Below, one piece after another: positions 34,701 to 49,700 of a stretch of 64,000 nt of DNA. The position numbers were made by a program, and so were the translations under genes. The notes under the pieces are model-generated. The model made no database searches. It was given only the letters and a program-made list of their open reading frames with translations, and had not been told where the DNA came from. Source of the DNA: Rhizaria sp. SCN 62-66 (taxonomy: Eukaryota); contig MEDY01000001.1 in assembly GCA_001724265.1 (NCBI GenBank), positions 1 to 64,000 of the forward strand, in the 5' to 3' direction. Each line of letters starts with the position of its first letter. The stretch's first letter is position 1.

Positions 34701-37700
34701 CAGCAGCGTCAACCCCAGAAGCCTTTGTGAGCGACGCAGTGTCCACAGTCGCGGGCGACATATTAGCACCTGGATCAAAGTCAGACTCCATGACGATAGT
34801 AAGGCTGCTTTCCGTGATCATGAGATGAACCAATGTCTCTGCCAGCGGAGTAAAGCTCGCGCCCAACCCTGCCAGACCTGCCGCCATCACTGTGTCAAGA
34901 GTTGCGCTTTCAAACGATTCACTAGCTTGCACCCACGACGAACCGCGCGACCGCGAGGAGCGCGTGCGTGATCCTCCCGACGTCGAAGCTCCACTGTGAG
35001 ACGATCCAGGGTGGACTGCGAAACCACGATCCGAGAGAGCGCCACTATACGCGTACGACTCATCGCCGGATGTTGTGTTCTTGACATCGGAAGAACCATA
35101 CTCAGAAGCGCCTGAAGACAAGGGAAGGATTGCTAATGCGTGGCTCGCTGTATCATCGTCGTTCATGTCTGGAACAGAATGTCGCAAACTCGCACCAGGG
35201 TCCAGCAGTGACGTCTCTACCGCACTCAAGTCTGAGAGTCCGTCAACATCCGAGCTGCTGCCACTCTCATTAATGCCAGAGCCGCCATTTGCAGTGCGAG
35301 TGCGAGAGGCAGGAGCTGCGCTGGCGTCAGTTGTTGAGGCGAACGAGACCTCCCCAACGCCAGTGTCATCCGCATCCCGCGCCGCCGGAGTTTGCACCGA
35401 TGAGGCTTCGACTGCACTCGCGTAGTGGCGCATAGCTCGGAGGCGCCAAAGCGCAAGCGACTCTTCATAGTACTGCGCTGCGAGTGCGTTGACCGCAAGA
35501 AGCTGACGAGTGCCGAGATAGCACTGAGATGCTAAGCCGTGAACGCGAGCGTCTGCTAACATCAGACCCATAGACGCTTCCGAGCAACCAATCGCGGAGA
35601 AGTTGAGGCGACAACGCAGCGGCGTTCGGGCTAACCGCGCATGCGAGCTTGCGTCTCTGCTGACAGAAGCGCAGTTTGCTCCAGGAGTAGGTTGAGAATC
35701 TGTCTGCTCGTCCACAGTGGCACGAACTTCCGCGCCCCAGAGTTGTACTGCAGCGATGAAATCTCGATTTGCCACACGTGGAGGCAATTCGGAGCGGAGT
35801 GCAGCAACTCCAGCGCTGTAGCCTGGGTCACGCACAACTGAGAGTTTGCTAAGGTCGGCCGCACGCATATGCTTTAGGGTCTTCTCAGAGCTACTGTTGA
35901 GCGCCGCTGTCGCTTCAGCGATCGTGGCAGCATCCTCTTCTTCGGCTGTCGCTGCAATGGCGGTGCCAGTGTGTGGCAGCGTAAAGGACCATTCTGCCAC
36001 AGGACGCCCGTAAAGCACGTCCAGTGCGCACAGACGACGGGCGTGTGTCTTTGCAGCAGGTGAGCGCGCAAGCGCTGCTGAGAGGTGAAGCAACGCGGAG
36101 CGGAGAGAGCGACGAAGTTCATAGACTTCGGCAACTGACGCGTCATGGCGAGCAGCTGACGCATCGAGCACCGGCGCAGCGCCAGCAAGAGTAGCTGCGG
36201 TACCTGTGAGCGCCATGTGGATGCGAGCAACACTGCGTGCAAGAGACGGCTTGCTCGCGTGATCTCGTGCAGCTGTAAGACCAAGGTACTCAGCTACTGT
36301 GAGTGGTTGCGCGTCCTGCACGTCGTGCAACGCGGAGGCGTCGACAACATCAAGCGCACGAGCAGCCAGCTCGGCTCCACGTTGTAAGGAAGCTGCAGCT
36401 TCACTCGCGGCGGCCAACGCGCGGCCATAGCGTTCCAGCAAAAAGCGATATTGGCGCATGCTCGGATTCGGGTGCAGCCGTACGGCCACTGTAAGTGCGC
36501 CTGTCTCAGCAAACATCGACGCACTAGGAGCCACACGCAAAGCAAGGGCTGCTGCAGACACTGCCGGAGACACCGAAGCTTCTGACTTGTCGGCGTCTTC
36601 TGATCCAATGACGTCGAGCTGTTGTTGCATAGCAGGCAGAATAGTCGAGGTCGGAATTGCGTTTTCGTCGGAGGGTGGAAGCAACGAAGTGCCGAAGCGA
36701 ACAGATGCGCCTTCAACACGAACAACAAGGTTGACAAACATGTCCTTGACCATTGAGTCAGACGCGATTGACGCCATAGTCTCTACGACGGGCGAGCTGG
36801 CGGAATCGGAGGCTGCTGTTTCGGGAGAGGGAGAGTCTAATGAACTTAACGGCGATTGCAAGCCAGTCGATGCTGCAGCGTCCTTGGCAGCAGCATTATC
36901 AGCGTCAGTAACCATCACAGGGACGGCGATACCCGGCGATGAACCTATGGACGCAGTCGCTTTGCTAAAGGCGTCGTCGCCAATGTCAAAGGGGTGTCGT
37001 GTGGCTGTGCGTAACGATTGCTGCAACTCACAGTGAGAACGAACGGATGCAATGGTAGCTTGCGTTTTGGGCAATAGTGATGCACCCATATCAAGATAGA
37101 GACGTACAAGTGCAGATGCAATACGATGTGACACGTATGCGCCCACGTGCGAGACCGTAACGGAGCAATCAACCTCAGTTAGCATTGCCGAAGTATTATC
37201 TGCTGAGGTGGCAGGGCTGCCAACCTTGCCGCCTGCAGCACCGGAGGAGTGCGTGCCGTGTGGTAAGGTGGGCGGCTTCCAGGGCGGCGATGCACCAAAG
37301 GCGTCACCAGCCTCATCCAGTTCATCAAGATCAGGTAGCACGTCCACGTTTACTGCCAGTGCACGCCGCGGCGAACGGAAGAACGCAGGTGCCAACGGGG
37401 CTGGGGCGACGCTGCGCAGGTGTGCGTTGAGACTACTCTGAACCTCCACCGGTGGAAGCAACGGGTTTAACAGGAAAGCAAGAGGGTCACACTCGAGCTC
37501 CACAATGCGCGCAAGAGCTCCCTCGGCCGACGCAGCCGCAGCTGTTGCAGCCTCAGCTTCAGCTGAGGGTAGGCGCAGCTTCGGGAGACCAACACCGAGC
37601 ACTGGCGCAACCGAATCAAACAACGGACGCACTCGCCCAACACCAGGAAGTGACGTATTTCCGAGGACGAGGGCGAGAGCGCGTTGCGATGTAGCAGGCG

Positions 37701-40700
37701 CAGAGCAACTGACATCGGCCGCATCGACGGACGCCATGTTGGCCGAGTCATGAGGCGACGGGAGCACATACGCCGAATGCATCAGCACCGGTGATGCAGC
37801 GTATAATGGTGCAAGTGTGTTGACATCTTCCCACACCGAGGAGGCCTTCGATTCAGCAGACGCAGATTTCTCGTCAGCCGGACGACATACGCTCTGGACA
37901 ACAGGGCGCAGCAGTGCCGATGCATGGGTTGTGAGCGATGAGTGAGCAGTGCAGACCAGGGTGCTTCCAGGACGGACTTCAGGCAACACCAAGGGTAAGT
38001 TGGCGACTGCAGTTGCGTATGACACCAGGGCGTCAGCGGAGCGGTAATGCGCACGCCACGCCGTGACAGCGCGCGCCGACAAAGGTCCGCGCCCAGCAGC
38101 AGCGGCGCGATCACGTTGCGTAGCACCCTTCAAAAGCACCGGGAATGTTCTCACTGGCTCAACATCAGCTGTGCAATCGGCAGCAATGGTTCCCGCAGTC
38201 TTAGCGTCGGTCACGGCGGCGCGCCAGAGCTGCCGTGGCGATGTAAACGTGTCAGGCAACAGCGACCCGAGTGCGGCAGGTGGTAGCGATGCGAGGCAAG
38301 GAGGAAGCGGCGTGAGCAAAGGAAGGGATTTGATGGGAACCCAGAACACTTGGTCACGTGCGGTCGCTAACGCGGCAGCTGTCTCGTCCGTCACAGTAAC
38401 AATCTTTCTCTCGCTCTTGATTTGTAGCCGCTGCATGCCCGCGAGCCGGCGGCGGGCGATCTCCTCTACGGCGTGCGCAGCCAGAACAGCGCGCTCAAGT
38501 GCATGCAAGCCGTCGAATGAATGCGAGTTTGCAGCACTGCCTGTGTGCACAGCGACCGATGGATCATCGGAGATCGTCACAAAGGGTGTGCTGTTGATAC
38601 CCTCAATGGCGTCAGCAAAGCGCGAGATAGCATATTCGCTCTCGTGATGACGCATACCCGCCATGCGCACAGTCACACGAGGCAACTGCAAGGACCACTC
38701 ACTCCACGACAGTTCAGTCGTAGCTTTTGCCTCGCCCCCAATCACACGCGATGTTGTCGGCCTCCTAAGATCAGAAGGAGTGCGTTTCGCGGCAACCTTG
38801 CTATAAGCGACCGCATGAGGCGCACGTGCGGATAGCTGTGGAGAAACCGGGGCTGTTGATGAATTCGGCAGCACGCCGTCTGTGAAGTGCATGCTGAGCG
38901 AATGCACGCGCGATGACTCGCCTGCCAACTCACCGTGGCCAGTTGCGTTGCGTCCACCAAAAGTGAGGTTGATTACTGCCTGTGCAGCTTGTGCACGCGT
39001 GGCCGTAAGAGTCATCGCGGCCAGGTTGTACTTGAAACAACACACAGGCGAGGGCACCACTGTCAGCTCTAGACTGCGTAGCTGCACGCGCAACCGCATG
39101 CGGGTGAAGAGGTGGCGCGCCTCAGGTACGGCTTGCGGCGGCGTGAAAATGCCGGCTGCAGCTGCCACGGCGGGTGCGACAATGATCGGCGTGAGTGGGT
39201 CTGTCAACGTGGGCAGAAGGTAGGTGAGCCAAGTCTGGCCAGTAGACTCTAGCTCCTCGAGCGCTGAGGCGCGCGCGGATGCAGATTCTGCCAACGCGCT
39301 TGCAGCCTCGCCCATGGACCGCAACCGGCTCGCGGCGCGCAGCGCAGCAGTGAAGCGCGCGCCAGTTGAAAGCTCAGCGTTGTTGTCGGGGAGATTTTCA
39401 GTCACATTGAGCTGCGGTGCTGACGAGACAGTGAGCCGCGGCAGCGAGCTAATTGTTTCGGAGACGGACGCGAAGAATCCAGGTGCAAGTGGTTGATGCG
39501 TACCGGAGATGGAGTACTGCGTGGCTTTGGGTGATGCCAATACGCTGGGATCAGGATGATCATGTGGAGTCTCTTTAGAAGACTTTTCCGTTGTACTTGG
39601 CAAGCGCAACAGGACAAGCGGGGCAGACAAGGGCGTCCGTAATGCTGTGGCCTCCGCAACCGCGCCTTGTGCAGCGAGCACGGAGTCGACCCAGGGCGCA
39701 ATGTATTGGTCCTCACGCGCCGTAAGCAGGTTCGTGAGTAGCACTAATGCACGCTGATTCGTTGCTGAAACAATGATATCAACACCGGCGCGCAGGTTGC
39801 GGCAGCCCGGGCGGACGGGTGCGGAGGCAGCGTCCTCTGGTGTCGCAGCCACAAAAGCTGCAGGCAGCGCAAATGCGTACGACCATGCGGGGTGGCGGGC
39901 AGGCACCGACAAATCAGCGAACGCAGAGGACACGACGCCAGTCTCTGCATAGACGGCGTGCGAGATGTTGACGCGCATGCGCTGCGTTTGCCACAGTGCA
40001 ACAACGCGTAGTGGCGGTGATGAAACTGAGCTATGCGCACCGGAGGCAGTGGGGGCAGGGAAATTCGATACGCGCAACTTGGGATGGAGCAGCGCGGACA
40101 GCACGCGCTGCGTGAGCTTTGTTGATCCAACAGAACGTTTATCACGCGAACGTAGGGGAGAGTCAAGGTACTGCAAAGTGAACTGGTCACACGTTGTAAA
40201 GAGATACGTCTGCGATTTAATCGGACCTTCTTCTCTCTTCTGTTGCCCTTCGGTCGCAGCAGCATCCGCACGCAGGCGCTTGACAAAGCCCGGCACTGTA
40301 TAAACGCCTAGCATTGTTGAAACACCGGTCATCTCTGCCGCAATCACACCTGCGCTAGGAACAGCATCATCACCGATATCTGATGCAATAGTTGTCGAAA
40401 TGCTCTTAATCGCAAAGTTCGAGTGCAAGTTCAGGGCAGAGGTCGCGAAAATGCGCGAGACAAGCTGCAGCACGGTCTTCTTTGTCGCCGGCATCTCCTC
40501 CGTTTCCTGACTCTTCTCATCGCGAGGTTTCTTTGTCACAGTACCTGCTGAAGGCTTCGCTGCGGCTGTGAAAGAGCGCGCCTTTCGATGACTCACTAGA
40601 TGCACAAATGGTGCATGAGTCGGCACCATTGCGGGAGGTAACTGAGAGGACGTTGAGAGAGTTGGTTGCGTAAAGAACTTTCTCCGGTGTTCAGCCATAG

Positions 40701-43700
40701 CAACAGCAGGGGCGTCATCAGTTGATTGTGACATGTCAGCAGAAGAGTTCAGTGAGTGCTGCACAGATGCTGCTCGAGCTGCGCTTTGCGTGCGCCGCCA
40801 GTGGGCGTACCCGGGCTCAGTGCCACGTGGCAGAGATGCACCCTCTGCGGCGGCGTCGCCGGCCGAAAGATTCTGGATAGCCGCGACAGTATTGGCTGAG
40901 AAGAACACAAAGCGAGGCGTAAAACGCAATTCGAGTGCATCGACGCCCATGAACACAGACACCACCGAGCCAAAGTGCATGTGGACGGCACCTGCAACAA
41001 CATGACGACCAAGCGCCGACTCCGTTGCCACAAGAGCGGCGTCAGCCGCAGCTTCTGCGTCGGCAGTCATAGTCGGCAGCCAGCCCTCGTTCATCCAGAC
41101 GGACAGGATTTGCGCAAAACGCTGCGCCTCCATCGTGAAGTCAATCATGGAGTTGACCTGCCGCCGCTGCATACGTGTAAGCCGGCGCGCGCGAAGATCA
41201 AGAGCAGATTTGTCCACTGGTATCGCTGTGGCGACGGCAGCGGGCCGGGCTTGCGCCGCTCCGGCCTCACCGCGGGCACCCGCGCCTCGGCCGCTCCACG
41301 CAGTGCGCCCTGCAGTCGCAGCACCCGCAGCAGAGCCACTATCAGCAGCCTGGCGTCGCTCCTTCTGAGATTTGACGATCTGGGATACTTCGACACGATA
41401 GCGGTACTCAAGCGCGCGCTTCATCTCGGCCGCAGCAGCAGCTGATGAGGACGTCGCGCGGTCACCGCCACCAGCAGCGCCACCAAGGCTACTGCTGCTG
41501 CCAAGCGCACTGACTTCCGCGGTCCCGCTGCCGACGTTTTTAGCGCCTGTAGCAACGCTCGATCCAACCTCACTGCCACGGCGATCGCGAGAAAAGCTTG
41601 AACGCCTACTCTCAGGGTATCCAGTACTCATCGCAGGGCTGGGCGCCGCAACACTACTGCGCGGTGTCAAAAAGGCGTCATGGCGGCGCGAGGCGCTCGG
41701 TGTCGGTGCGCGCATGAGCGCAACCGGACGGCGGTGTAACAAAGTCTCGGACACGTCGGTTGCAATAGTGGAACCTCGGGAGCGGGGATCGGAGCCGAGT
41801 GCAGAAGCGGTGGCTGAAGAAGGTGTGTGTGGAAGCGAAACCTGTTTGGGTCCCCAAATGCGTGTCATGCGGCGCAACATCGGCGCTGGCGCACTGCCGC
41901 CCTCCGTTGCCTCCGACGCCGGGGTGGGCGGTGCCGACAGTACGGTTGACATCGGAGGCGGGGAAACGTCCTCAACAGATTGCTCAGTAACACGGTGCTT
42001 GTCGGCGATGCGGATGCCAGCGCCTGAGGCAAGACTTGCATCAACGTACACAACCTGAACCATGCGTTTAAGCGCGCCCAGCAGAGTGTCGTCGTCAACA
42101 CCAGGCACAACTGCATCGGCACCTAGCGCACTGTGCAGAGCATGTGCAAGACGGCGCGTCGACGAGTGGCTGGGGCTGTGAGGCAGCAGTGCGAGCACGC
42201 TGTCGGTGAGAATACTGCCAGGTGAAATCGTGTGAGTGTGCGGAAGACCCGGAGGCACAGACTGGTTTCCTGAGGCAGAGACCATTAATGACTCTGCAGC
42301 GCCGCGCACTGTCACGGCTAGCAGGGTGACCGCGCCAGCAGGCTCGTACTGCGAGCGCGCGATGAGCAGATAGAGCCAGGGCGGGATACGGCTCGCAAGC
42401 GCCCCTGAGGCTGAAATGGGGATCGTGGGCAGTGCTGATGCCGCGACATCGTTCTCGGCGGTGCCCGCTGTGAGCCAACCAATATCGGCTGACAAGTCGG
42501 CGAGCGACGCAGTTGGCAATGCCCAACCGCTGGCAGGCATGTTCGACGACACACGACTCGACTTTGCGACGGTGAATGCAAGATGAGCTCCACGGGTGAC
42601 GTATGAAAAGGCGTGGCGTAAGCGAGGAATGCGGACCCGTGTCGGCACAGCGATCGCATCTATGTTATCCGAAGACGAGGGGGAAGTTCCAGATCCCTTC
42701 ATATCCGCTGGCTCAATATGGACTGAGGTGAAAAGGGCACTTTCAACTGCGGAGCTATCAGGCAGCGACGATGCACGCGCACATGTGGCAACAGTCTCTG
42801 CGTGCGTCGTGGTATCATGTCCAGCAGCAATAATGGCAATAGAAAACGTGGTGCCGCGAAGATCGAGAATGTAATCCACAGGTCCAACCTTGTGGCCCCA
42901 TGCGGCACCGTCGCTGCGCAGTCGTGCTGAGAGTGCTGATACATCTGCAGGGACGCGAGCGTGTGATGTGGCATCCGTATCCGCGTCGGCGTAAGATGGG
43001 ACGCCAATGATGGCAGGTGCCGTGACACCAGGAGCAGAGCTTTCGTCGCCCAAGAACGGGTTAGGCGCAGTGATTCCACTGTTGCCCTCACCAATAGCGG
43101 CAGGAAGTAGCCGCATGAACTCACCCAATGTCAGCGCAAATAACTGTTCCGTCGGCGTTTGCTGCTGCGGATCCCGGCTGCGCAAAAGCTTCATCGTCGC
43201 GCGGGCAACGGGAGTCGCCTTATGGAAGGCATCTTCAACGGCCGACGAGTCCGCGGCTGACGCCGCAGCCGCAGCGACAACACGCCGGAGCTCGTCACGG
43301 CAGTCAAGAGGTAGATCTGCCAGCTGCGGAAGTAGTAAAGCGGGCGCCGCGGAAGGAAGCGCGAGCCAGCCGGCATCGTAGGCCGCAGCGCCACCAGCCG
43401 CCGAGAGCGCAAGAAGTGGGAATTGGGCTCCACTAGAAGGGTTGGCCAGCGCCAGATTGAGATCAACAAGTGGATGACAACCGTACGAGTCTGCAACGCG
43501 GCCTAACAAACGCGCGGCGGCGGCACCGAACATGCCTTCGCCACCCTGCGATGAGCGCGGGGCGCGACTGTTGAGGAATGCGAAGAAGCGCAGTTGATCA
43601 GACAGAGAAAATCCAGACTCTGTCGACGCGGATGACGAGCTAGCACGCGAAGACGTGCCAGCCGCAGTGCTAATGCAGTCCCACTCCCCAGATGGCGCGG

Positions 43701-46700
43701 ACTTTGAGCGCGCACGCGAGCCGCTCTGCCAGATCCAGTCAGGGAGACGGCGCATCATACAGGCCACAGTTGCCATGCGAATCCGGAGCGCGCGTTCACC
43801 AGGAGTCACGACAGTTGCCAGCGCGGTGCTCACCGTTGTTGCCGTATCACGGAGCTCAGAAACAAGAGGAAGCAGGAGTTCAAGTCCACGCTCGCTTGTG
43901 GTGACCGTGAGCGCACCCACCGTGGCTGACACCGCAATGGCATTGTGCTGACACTGGCGCATCAGAGTCCTCTGTGATTGCGCAGGAAGCGCGGCAAGAG
44001 CAAACGGCAAAAGCATGCCACGAGACACGACCAGAGATGTGACTGTAGTTGGTGACGGAGTCGCTCCGAAATCATCTGGAGACGAAGCATGGCGAGTCGA
44101 AGCAGCGCGAGAGACGCGAGATAAGCTCGAAGTCAAAGAAGATGGAATCTGGTGTGGTCCTTCAAAGGCTGATACCGTCGTGGGCGACGCAATCACTGTG
44201 CGCTCAACACCAAAGGGCGTCATAAAGGCTGCGAGTTGACGGTTTATACGACTGCGGAGCACGGCACACTGTCCCCAAAGTAAACGCGCACGATTGGTGT
44301 GGGTGTCTGCAGCAGCTGTAGCCGCAGCATACGCGTTTGCACGCGCCGCGGGGTCATGCGGAATGTCCGTGTTGTCGTCAACAAGCGAAGTGGCCCCAAC
44401 AGCATTAGCAATCGTTGTGAACGCTGCAGTTGCGGCGTTGCGCGCGACCTCCCAGAAAACATTTCCTGAATTATCTTGGGCACGCAAAACATTAATTTCA
44501 TTCACAGCAGCACGGCGCGCGAGTAGCGCAGCTCGGAGTCCACGTGTTGACGTCGTGAGTAGTGCGGCGTCAGCACGGAAGCTTTCGAGTGCAGCCTCAG
44601 CCTGGGCCAACGCAGCCGCAAGAGCGGGCGGTGGGCGCAGTGTCCGTGTTTGAGTGAAAGTCGCGTCGACTCCATTCAGTGTCAGGGCAAGGAATTGGTA
44701 GCGCGCGCGCTGGGAAGGCATAGCATCGCGGCCGAGAACACACGGTGCAGAAGGCTCAGGCGGACCCACTGTCAGTCCTGCCGCCCGGAGATCTGGCTGC
44801 GACAAGAGCCATCGGGGCGGCGTGAGTGACGCGCTCCCACCGCACGCAACTGTCCCCAACTGCTGTGCAGTTGGAAGTCCAGCGAGAGCGGACGAGATGT
44901 GAATCCTCCCTAGAAGCACGGACGTGCGCACACGCGGCGGCAGCATCACAAGGAGCGCAGAGCGGTGCGGATCGGAGCCCGCAGCAGGCAGCAAAGTCGA
45001 CGGAACTGAGCTGCGAGGCACAGTGGCGTGGTGCATCAGCGAACCCAAAAGCATCGCGGGAGCGCGCGGCGAAAGCAGAATCCAAAGAGCTGACTCGAGG
45101 GGTGAGCGCCGGTTGGGCGGACGCAAAGTCATGCCCACAGGCGCCTTGGTGCCATGCAGCAGACAGTTGATGATCTCGCTCGGGTGCACTGCGGGCTGGG
45201 TCGCGGCGCCGGGCGACAGCGTTGCCATTGGAACAGTATTTGGGATACTTGCCGCCAAAGGAGCTGTCGAGTATGTCAGGTCACGTCCGAGTTTGAGACC
45301 ATCAAAGCGGAACGAAGAGGACCACAGTGAGTGTAAAGCGAAAAATGACGAGGGGCACCGCAGAGCCGCGAGAGCCTTTGCAGCGCTTTCCGCAACCTGT
45401 TCATGTGTAGCCGTCGATGAAATAACAGGACTGGCGCCCGCAGGCACATCGATGTCATGAACCCCGCTTTTGCGATGCAGCGCAGTCTGAATCGCCGCAG
45501 TTGCTGCTGTGGGATGAACAGCAAGATTGACTGTGGAGGATTGAAGCAGTTCAACAGCAACTGTGCCGACAGTGAGCGCCATCGATTCGCGCAGCGGCAG
45601 CGGCGGTGGGTACAGACACAAAGTACGGCGGCCGCGCGCCCGCGCGGCGGGAAAACACATTTGCGGCTGTTGCGCGGAGTACTGTGCCGCAGCAGGCGCG
45701 AGCGAGCTGCGTAAGCGCCGCTGTAACCCATCAATGGCAGCTTCAACACTGTCCTGAGCAGTCGCGTCGGAGATCGCAGCCAGAGCGTCGGCCGCTGCCA
45801 GCGCAGCAGATGGTGTGGCAGTGACAAAAAGAGTGGGCACTGACACAGAAAGATCAGTCTCGTACGCTGCAGGCTGCGTGAACGGCACGTCAACGAGGGC
45901 GGTGTTCGTAGCAACAGCAGAAGACACTGTTGCAGGCATCGCTAGTGAACGTGCTGTGCGTATAACTGCTGCAGTAAACAGCGCCATACGCTCGATGGCT
46001 TGAGGCGGAGACGTGATGTTGGCGCGGGCTGCTGCAAGTGTTGAGAGAGATAGCGCGCGATACAGAGCGTGGTGACGCATCATGCGTGTGAGTTGCGTCG
46101 CAAAGAGTGTTGCCGGCGCGATCGCCGACGCGGTCTTGTAGGCGTCTACAAACGGGGCTGAGCTCGAAGTAGAAACGCCTGTTAGCCCCAAAAATGAGTT
46201 GACAGCGGTCACAACCGCGGGCGGGACGCTGTCTAGCAGCCAAAGCCGCGGTGCGGAGTCCATGCCACTTGGAGCCGCAAAGCCCGCAATCATACGTCGC
46301 ACACCGGCAAGCCGTTCAGTTGCGACAGAGTCGCGTACACGGGCAACCGCCTCAAACGCACACAGAGGCATCGCAACTGGCGAGAAAAGAAGATAGTTCA
46401 GGTCAGGTGAGTTTGCAGCCGCGGCATGTGCCCGTAAGGACGCCTCAGAGCTCGCTAGAATCGCACCCGACACAGGAATAAAAGAGGTGCCGAAGCAGGC
46501 TTGAGAAGCTGCTGCGCGGTGCAGTGGTAACAGAGATAGCAGAGCGGCGGACGGCACGCGTGAGGCAAGTCCGTAGTCAGCGTAGAATGTTTGGGTCAGA
46601 GCAGCACTATGCTGCATTGACGAGTGTGACACCGAGTACAATGGGTTGGACGTGAGCGTCGTAAGTGAATCAAACGTCGCAACGTCAACAGCAAACACAG

Positions 46701-49700
46701 CAGGGCTGCCACTGCTAGAGGGCATGCGGGCAACGCCGGCAGGTGCGGTACCGTCCGCAGGGTGGGTCGTGTGAATTGGAGTAAGAGGAACGTAGTTTTG
46801 TTGCGCCGGTGAAAAGCGAAGACCACGCATCCAGAGCGATAGTGCGTGTGCTTGACTCAGAAGCGCCGCGTACTCCGCACCACTCAGACTCAGGCCAGAG
46901 GCGACGAACTCGCTGTCACCAGCAACATCGTCTGAGGTCTGAGTTGGCAGGGGCATCGGCGATGATTCTAATGTCGCTTCATCTTGTTGGCGACTGACGC
47001 TTTTGCGAGACGAGTGCAGATGTGCTGCGTGTGCTTGTGGCGGAAGACGCAGCGGTGACGATGACCAGGGCTCGCGAGTTGAGATTTGCGGGGGAGGCTG
47101 GGCCGCACCGCCGCGACTACCGGGACTGGCGAGAAGCATCGTGTCAAGCGGTGTCGATAGCGCTGACAGCCCCAGCACGCCGGGCGAGGACAGCAGCGTG
47201 ATGTCGAGCGCGGTCGCGTCGGCGAACTCGTCGCTGTCGGAGCTCCAATCGCGCAGTGGCACCGCCGTGGCGGCGGGCGCAGCGGACTCGCCAATAAGAA
47301 CTGCGAAGCTAGTCGCAAGAGTGGATAGGTCGGCATTTGTGACATCGTTATTGTTGCCCATTGAGGTATTGTTCACACTCGGCCTCTGTGGCAGACGCGC
47401 TGGGGGAGACGGTAAACGGAGCGAGTTGTTCGGTTTGCTAGTCCGCTGACGCGATCGACGTGCTTTGCGACGCGGAGACACAACTGGCGACGTGAACTGC
47501 GTGAAATACTTGTTGTACGTATTTGCGTAATCGGAAGCGTTTCCACTCGCGCTTGCAAGCACTGCAGCAACTCCGGCGCGCGTGATGGGAAGTGCCTCTG
47601 GCTCGAAGAAAGCATCACTGCTCCCTTCACTGCCGGGCTCGCCTGTGCCTGCGGAGCTCGCAAACAAGTTTGGGGCAGGAAGCGCCTCAATGTCGTCGCC
47701 TGATCGCCGATGTGCGGAGTGAATCGACGCGCGCGAAAGGGCACGCACCGAATGCTGAGGAGACGATCCTGACGAAATAGCGACGTCGACGTCGTTGAAT
47801 GCCGCATCCGGGTGAATGGCATGCATTGAACCGGTGGCGCCAGAAACGTAGGCGTCGGTCCCATAGTGCGAACCCTCTGGAACAGTGGGCTGCGGCAGAC
47901 CGGCAACGTAGGAGCCACCGTGACTTAAAAACAGCGACGATGACGCTGAAGATGACTGCGTCAACACGGTCGCTGCGTTCGCAGATGCAGTCGTCATCGC
48001 GTGAGCGATGGGCGCCGAGAGCCGCGCTGCGCTGAGCATGACGGGCGACAGAACGGGATGCGCCGCGGACTGGGCGTGGTGCAGAATCGGATCATGTGAG
48101 GGCTCAACAGCTGCCTCGCTGACTTGAGGCACGAACGGAAACACGGCTGAGACGTTGTGAGCGGCGGTAGGCGAGGCCCACAATGTTGGAAAGCCAGGGG
48201 AAGCACCATCGGGGGATGACGTGCTGAAGGGATGCCCGTGGTGGCGGTAAGATTGAAGCCGATGCGCACCAGTCGGGTCGCTGACGTCGCGCTGAAAGCT
48301 ACGGTGAGGCGTACAAGGTGGCTGCCACTGCGGCAGTTGGGGCGTTGCGGAGCTGGTAACAACTCCAGTGGCAGCAGAGACCGCAGCTGCTGAATGCTTC
48401 ACAGCCGCGTGAGCGACAGAGTGAGGAAGTCCCGGTGTTGCAAGCCACTCCGCAAAGTCTCGAGGGGTGACCATATCGGCTTCAATGTCGTCATGTAGCG
48501 CGCCATCGTGATCACCGTGCTTCGCAGGACTCGCTAGTAACGGCTGCACAAGAGCGGCAAGCGCTGTCATCACGGCATCAGTGCCGGACTCGGTTTGCAA
48601 CGGAGCAGAACCAACGCGAGACCCGTTGGACGCAGACTTGCGGCGCGGACCAAGAAGCATACCAAGAGCGACACCGAAATTGCGGCGCATATGCGGTGGC
48701 AGGCGTGAGGCAAGACCGACGAGGCGCGCAGCCACAGCGGCGGACGCCAGCGAAGTCATGTCTGACTGGATGTCATGATGCGTGGCGTTGAACCACAGCT
48801 GATCCTCCTGCTGCTGGCACCAAGCGCCGTCGCTATCATCACCCACAGAACGCACAGCTGCAAAGAAGCCCGCCATGGGCAGTGTGAGCAGCTCTGCTTG
48901 GCGAACACGCAAAAGGGGCAGGGTTGATGGTCGCGAACTCACCTCGACCTGCAGCGACGCACCAACAGACGCCAACGCCACCCATGCCGCAGTGGTCGAC
49001 GATGCAGCGCTAACCGTTGTACTGTGCACGGAAGTTGAGCGCTCCAAGGTTGCGGAGCCATCCAGAGACTTAGCAGAGCCGACGGGCACATTAGAAGCAG
49101 CCTTGCGAGCACGCATAGCGTTGTAGCGTTGAGTCGCGCTTTCTTTCACAGACGCACCACTCGGCCGAGTGGAGTGAGACGCAGGCTTCGTATAGCCATC
49201 CTTGCACTCCTCAGCGGGCTCTAACACAGTGGGATCATTCTCAGCCTGGTCCATCGCAGCAGCCATTGCAGGCGCCGTGGCCGCACTGACGGTCAGCGCA
49301 TCGCCCTCGAGCGTGCCACGCGCACAGACACGCAACGTTGGATGGCGCAGTAAGTAGTCCGCCGTCACCTTCGGTGCGCACACAATGGTGCGAGATGTTG
49401 ATGTCTCAGTCACCGCTGTGCTGTGGAACACTTCTGCGCCTTCGCGGAGACTCACCGAGAGGACGGTCAGGAGCGGTGTCGGCTGAGCAGGTGCAGTGGC
49501 CGACGCAGACGTGCCTTTAGCCGGAGATGATATCGTATGCAAGCCAGCGGTGGCGCTGGATACTCGTGACGACTGTTGCCGCGCGCTTCCGTGAAACCCG
49601 TCACTGTCTGCCTTCCTTGCGGACTCAAGCTGGGAGACCGTTTGCGCAGGCGCAGTGACCGTGTAAACGCCAGTCGTAGGATCGATAGCTACGGTGACAC